Below, piece after piece: positions 59,503 through 64,000 of a stretch of DNA of 64,000 nucleotides. A model generated the notes under the pieces. The model was not told the DNA's origin. It did no database searches and was given only the letters and a program-made list of their open reading frames with translations. A program made the position numbers and the translations under genes. Position 1 is the stretch's first letter. Each line of letters opens with the position of its first letter. Source of the stretch: Emiliania huxleyi CCMP1516. Taxonomy: Eukaryota. The stretch is taken from assembly GCF_000372725.1 (NCBI RefSeq), contig NW_005202428.1:2017119-2081118 (forward strand). Direction: 5' to 3'.

Positions 59503-60927
59503 TCACTGCCCCGGCGACCACACCTCGATCTTCTTGGGCAGCTGCTGGTTCGACAGGTCCTCTCCGTGGCCTAGGCAGCCGCCGCCGCCGCCCCACGACG
59601 GCCTCCCCACACCGCCCCACGAGAAGACGGCGCCGTCGGCGGAGAGGGCGAGGCTGTGGTCGCTTCCTGCCGACACAGCGACGACGCGCTGGCCAGTCAA
59701 GGCCTCGACCTTCTTGGGCAGCAGCTGGTGCTGCTCTTCGCCGTGGCCCAGCTGGCCGTATTCTCCATGGCCCCAGCTCCAGACGGCGCCGCCAGCGGTG
59801 AGGGCGATGCTGTCGTTGCCTCCAGCCGATACAGCGACGACGCGCCGGCCAGCCAGCGCCTCGATCTTCTTCGGCAGTAGCTGGCGCTGCTCGTCGCCGT
59901 GGCCCAACCGGCCAGAGGCTCCCATGCCCCAGCTCCAGACGGCGCCGTCGGCGGTGATGGCGAGGTTGTGCGCGCCCCCAGCCGACACAGCGATGACGCG
60001 CTGGTCAGCCAACGCCTCGACCTTCTTGGGCAGCAGCTGCTTCTGCGCGTCGCCGTGGCCCAGCTTGCCAAAGCCTCCATTGCCCCAGCTCCAGACGGCG
60101 CCGTCGGCGGTGACAGCGATGCTATGGCAGGCCGCAGCCGACACAGCGAGGATGCGCTGGCCAGCGAAGGCCTCGATCTTCTTCGGCAGCAGCTGGTTCT
60201 GCTCGTCGCCATGGCCGGGCACGCCAAAGTATCCACAGCCCCAGCTCCAAACGTCTCCGTTGGCGGTTAGGGCGAGGCTGTGGCACTCTCCAGCCGAGAC
60301 AGCGACGACGCGCTGGCTGGCAAAGGCCTCGATCTTCTTGGGCAGTAGCTGGCCCTGCTCGTCGCCGTGGCCCAGCTTGCCACGGTTTCCACCACAGCCC
60401 CAGCTCCAGACGGCTCCGTCAGCGGTGAGGGCGAGGCTGTGGTAAACTCCAGCCGACACGCTCACGGCGCGCTCGCCACCCAGCGCCGAGGGGAGGCGCG
60501 TCGGCGTGTTGAGCTGCGTCGCGAGCTCGCCGTGCCCGAGCAGTCCTGGGAGGTAGGACGGCGCGTTGCCGCACGACGAGAGCCGCCCCTCGCCGACGAT
60601 GAAGACGCTGTGATACTGGCCTGCCGCCGCCCTCGCCGGCGGGTTGGCCTCGCGTAGCAGCGCCATAAAGCACGCCCACCGTACGGGGCAGCCCTCGCTA
60701 ACGGGCTGCGCCGGCAGCTCGAAGCCGCGCTCTTGCGCCCACAAGCGGATGCCTTCTTCCGCGAGCGAGGCGTGGAAGAGAAGCGAGACGGCCGCGACGC
60801 GAGCGATGTCGACGGGGCCCTCGCAGCGAGAGAGGACGCGCACGAGGAGCTCCCTGGGGAGGTCGAGGAGGCGGGCGGGCGGCGGCGTGTCTGGCAGCGG
60901 AGCGGCGATCGCGCACCGGTATGACAT
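59503..60927 (-). CDS. F-box-like plus RCC1-repeat (UVR8/HERC-like beta-propeller) protein, intronless
   Basis: RLLDLPRELLVRVL..DIARVAAVS, followed by about 7 repeats of VAVSAGxxHSLALTADGAVWSWGxGxxGxLGHG. Confidence 0.93.
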   Translation of the reverse strand: MSYRCAIAAPLPDTPPPARLLDLPRELLVRVLSRCEGPVDIARVAAVSLLFHASLAEEGIRLWAQERGFELPAQPVSEGCPVRWACFMALLREANPPARAAAGQYHSVFIVGEGRLSSCGNAPSYLPGLLGHGELATQLNTPTRLPSALGGERAVSVSAGVYHSLALTADGAVWSWGCGGNRGKLGHGDEQGQLLPKKIEAFASQRVVAVSAGECHSLALTANGDVWSWGCGYFGVPGHGDEQNQLLPKKIEAFAGQRILAVSAAACHSIAVTADGAVWSWGNGGFGKLGHGDAQKQLLPKKVEALADQRVIAVSAGGAHNLAITADGAVWSWGMGASGRLGHGDEQRQLLPKKIEALAGRRVVAVSAGGNDSIALTAGGAVWSWGHGEYGQLGHGEEQHQLLPKKVEALTGQRVVAVSAGSDHSLALSADGAVFSWGGVGRPSWGGGGGCLGHGEDLSNQQLPKKIEVWSPGQ

Positions 60928-61239
60928 ATATGTTTTGTGCCAGGAAAAGAAAAGAGCGTTCGAGCCGTCGCGGGGCAATGTTGGCCCGCCCCTACCTACC
61001 TATGTTCCGATGTAAAAAACAAACTAAAATGTCGCAGTTCTCCTCCGGCCGGGAATGTACGTAGGTCGAAATTCTTCAACGCGCGTCAGTCCCGTGCCCA
61101 GTGTCGTGCGAGGGAGTTTTATTGTAAAATTCTTCAACGCGTCCGGTTACTTACTCGCCCGCCGTTTTGGTTGCCCCTCATTCATCGGCGCCATCACCCC
61201 GCTTACTTCGCCCCCGTACCGTCACACCGGGGACGGAGA

Positions 61240-61930
61240 TGACTCGCGACTGTGCTCTCCGCCCGGTGGAAGCAGCCGATGGAGGGGAGGGGAGGAGGAA
61301 GTCGACGCGCGCAACGCCGCGGGCCGACTACGCGATGGCGGAGGGAAGGTTCCAGCGCAAGCCGCCCACCCGCAGGCGTTGCTGCACGCGCCGCGGCCGC
61401 TCAAGCCCTCTACGAGTGCACCCCCAACCTGCAACTGCAAGAAGCTGCCCAGGGGCTGCTATCACCGCAGCAGCTCAGCGCCTGGCGGCTTACCCAAGGC
61501 CTCTCCGGGCAGCGGAAGGCACAGCCCGCTGGTGATTGACGCCGCGCTCGTTGAGGAGGGTGAGGAGGACGTGGAGCACGAGGAGGACGCGGACGCGGCG
61601 ACGCGGCCGGGAGCGGTGGCGGTGGCGGCGGCGGCGGAGAGGGCTGCAACCACGGCGGCGCAGACGGCAGCACCGACGGCCGTCTGCACGCCGACACGCT
61701 CAACCCTCTCACCCTCGCCGCTGATGACATCTTTTGCCTCGTCGCCGACTGCGGCAGCTCGAGCCGGCAGCGCAGCTTGCAGCTCAGGCTGCCCTGGCTG
61801 ACATCAACTGCTCGGCCAACGCTGGCCATGTCGACGCGGTCCAGAGCCGCGACATGCAGCCCGCCGAGACGCTGTCCACGCGCTATGCGGCGTCTGTCGC
61901 CACGCTTGGCCGCGAGAGAGCGGAGCAGCT
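61240..61930 (+). pseudogene. Frameshifted ORF with a possible pre-SET Cys cluster and an acidic tract
   Basis: Switching frames gives KP/LYECTP/TCNCKKLPRGCYHR../RLTQG; followed by EEGEEDVEHEED. Confidence 0.4.
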
Positions 61931-62110
61931 GCGGAGGTGCAGCCGAGGTTTAGCCTAGGTTTAGCCGAGGTTTAGCCGAGGTGCGGCCGAGGTGCAGCCG
62001 AGGTGCAGCCGAGGTACAGCCGAGGTGCAGCCGAGGTGCAGCCGCGAGGTGGTGCCGAGGTGCGGCCTAGTCGACGGCTGAGGTGCATCCGAGGTGCAGC
62101 CGAGGTCTAG
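61930..62110 (+). repeat. 11-bp tandem repeat (GCCGAGGTGCA)n and variants
   Basis: Read directly from the sequence. Confidence 0.9.
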
Positions 62111-62702
62111 CTTGCGGGTTCGGCAGGCTATCTAGAGACCTCGGCGTGCTCCGAATCCGGCCGTGCCACCTGGAGATCCCCGTGTCTTCCCGTCGCTGCT
62201 GAGTGTGATGTCCGGCTGTGGACCGGATATGCGCGGTGGCCCAATTCCGGCCCATCCGGTTGCCGGAGCGAGGGGTATGCGATCCGGCGCCGGGTCCCCG
62301 CCTGTCCTCCGAACGAGCACGATCCGAGGCATTCTGGGGGACGGTCGCGGCGACCCACCGGCCTGGCCCTGCGACTCCGCTGTTGCTGCTGCGTCGGTCG
62401 CTGCCGTTGAGCGTTGTGTCTCCATCAGTGGCCGCGTCGCACGCTGGATGACGTCCGAAGGGGTCTGACTCCAGATCTCTGCAGCACTCTCAGCACTCTA
62501 CTCTACTCTACTTTTCTACCTACAACTCTGTCACCCCTCCTCACATCCCAATAATCACCTCCTCCTCCCCCTCCTCCCCCACTACCTCCACCTCCACCTC
62601 CAAACACAACCACCTTTCACATATCTCCAACTCCTCCCTCCAACCACGACACCACAGCACCACACACACAACACATTCCCTTCACACTTTCTTCATCTGT
62701 CT

Positions 62703-63251
62703 CACAAAAACATCATCTCAACCAACATCCAACAACACCTCAGGAAGAAGCTCGCGCCGCTCGACGTCATCGACACGATCGTCGACACTGACTGCGTCAC
62801 GAACACCTCGCAGCTCCGCCTCAACCTCGTCCAACGGATTGCCTGCGCAAAGACCAAGTACATTGCCGGCATCACGCCGCCCAATGTCGCGTGCGACGCT
62901 CTCGAGTTTGCGCACAACCGCATCCGCAAGTCCTTTGAGAGCATTGCTCGCGCCGACGCCTCGCCCCAGGCGCTCCGCGACCTCGCGTGGCTCCAGGCGC
63001 AGCTGCCGACCGAGATGGGCGGGTGCAACATCGACACCGCCTTCTCGCGCGCCGACAGCGACTTCTCCATGTCGCTCCTCAAGAACTGGCGCACCCTCGT
63101 CGCCCACAACCCCGACTTCGCCCACGATGAGGGAGGTGCGTCCAAGTACCCCGCCATCGCCGCAGCTATCGCCACCTACGAGTCCGCCCTCTCGGACTGG
63201 AAGGAGGTGTGCGAGAAGCGCGCCGCGCGCGCACTGTGTGGAACAGGCTAG
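62703..63251 (+). mobile_element. Reverse-transcriptase thumb-region fragment of a CRE/R2-type non-LTR retrotransposon
   Basis: Open frame ..QLRLNLVQRIACAKTKYIAGITPP..AWLQAQLPTEMGGCNI.. matches the post-RT motifs YxxRxxPP and QAxLPxxxGGLG(I/L) of RLE elements; the catalytic YxDD is not present. Confidence 0.7.
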
Positions 63252-64000
63252 CTCAAGGTTGCGTTAGATTGTCAATGGAGAATGGCCGCGTTCTCGCCCC
63301 TTTCCTGTCCGCGTGGGTCTCAGAGGACGAATGAGCACCGGACCTTCGAGGACATCAAAGTCGGCCGCGCCCCACGGCTATCCCGCCGGCTCTCGAGTGT
63401 CGCAGCGCGACGCGCTTCACCCCTCGACTCCGCGCTGCGAGTCGATTGGGAGACGACGCTCGGCCACTGCCAACTCCACCCTGACGTGACGCACATGCGC
63501 CGAGTGTCCCCCCCGAGGGTGTCCTTGTATAGTATAGTTGGTTGCGAGTTAAAAAAAGCCCGTTCCGCACCCGCAGCCAGCACCAGTACACATGCCGTTC
63601 TGGTGCCCCTCGGCTGGCCAGAGGACGGCTCACAATGCAAAATCGGAAAGACATCACGAGGGGCCGTATAAACGGCGCCGCAGCGGCCCGGGACACTAAC
63701 AGTGAGTTGCTGCCACTCGCCCGGCCTCCTCCCCCTCGGGGTCGCCCGGAAAGTGGGCTTGCGCACCGGCGCCCCCCCCAGCACGCCGACCCGAGGTGTA
63801 CCCTCCGGCCACCTGGGAGGGGAGCGCTCTCCCTTTTTGGCCCATTGGCTTCACCATGATGGATACGGAGGTGGCCAGCCCTTGGTTGTGCACCTGCGGC
63901 GCGAAGAGGAGGTGATCTCGGCGGACGACGGCCATGCCGAGAGCGGGTCCAGCGCGGAAGAGGGTGCGCAGCGCGTCGCGGCCGCGCGCTTGGGAGCCGG

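Noticed and set aside
28038..60927. Ubiquitin-system cluster (UBA1 plus two F-box-like genes)
   Set aside because: Widely spaced, with unrelated genes between; F-box families are large, so co-occurrence is unremarkable.
63843..64000. Possible coding fragment at the window edge
   Set aside because: Too short to assign a frame or product.

Overview
A GC-rich, intron-rich eukaryotic window from a draft assembly, with N-gaps at 6652-6755 and 24456-24555. The GC content, frequent GC-AG (and some GA-AG) introns and 10-11-nt intronic tandem repeats point to a haptophyte such as Emiliania/Gephyrocapsa huxleyi; this is inference, not something the sequence proves. Recognisable genes are a CAMK-group kinase, ALY/REF, a processive GT2, a GT25-like transferase, a secreted PAN + pentapeptide-repeat protein, an ERGIC3/Erv46-like protein, ubiquitin E1 (UBA1), an Stf0-like sulfotransferase, a SMYD methyltransferase, an FG-GAP/F-box/Sel1 ORF, DGAT2/MGAT, a large repeat protein with a C-terminal sulfotransferase-like domain, an FHA + degenerate PNKP phosphatase and an F-box + RCC1 protein. 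Intergenic DNA holds three TIR elements (one carries a chromodomain), decayed CRE/R2-type non-LTR retrotransposon pieces and co-oriented stacks of retroposon 3' ends. The most striking signal is in the introns. Many begin with a near-copy of the start of the next exon, including rare GA donors where the next exon starts GA. Some intronic 10-11-nt arrays are bracketed by duplicated splice-junction sequence. Both suggest a duplication-based intron-generating mechanism. Exon boundaries were inferred by eye and are approximate.
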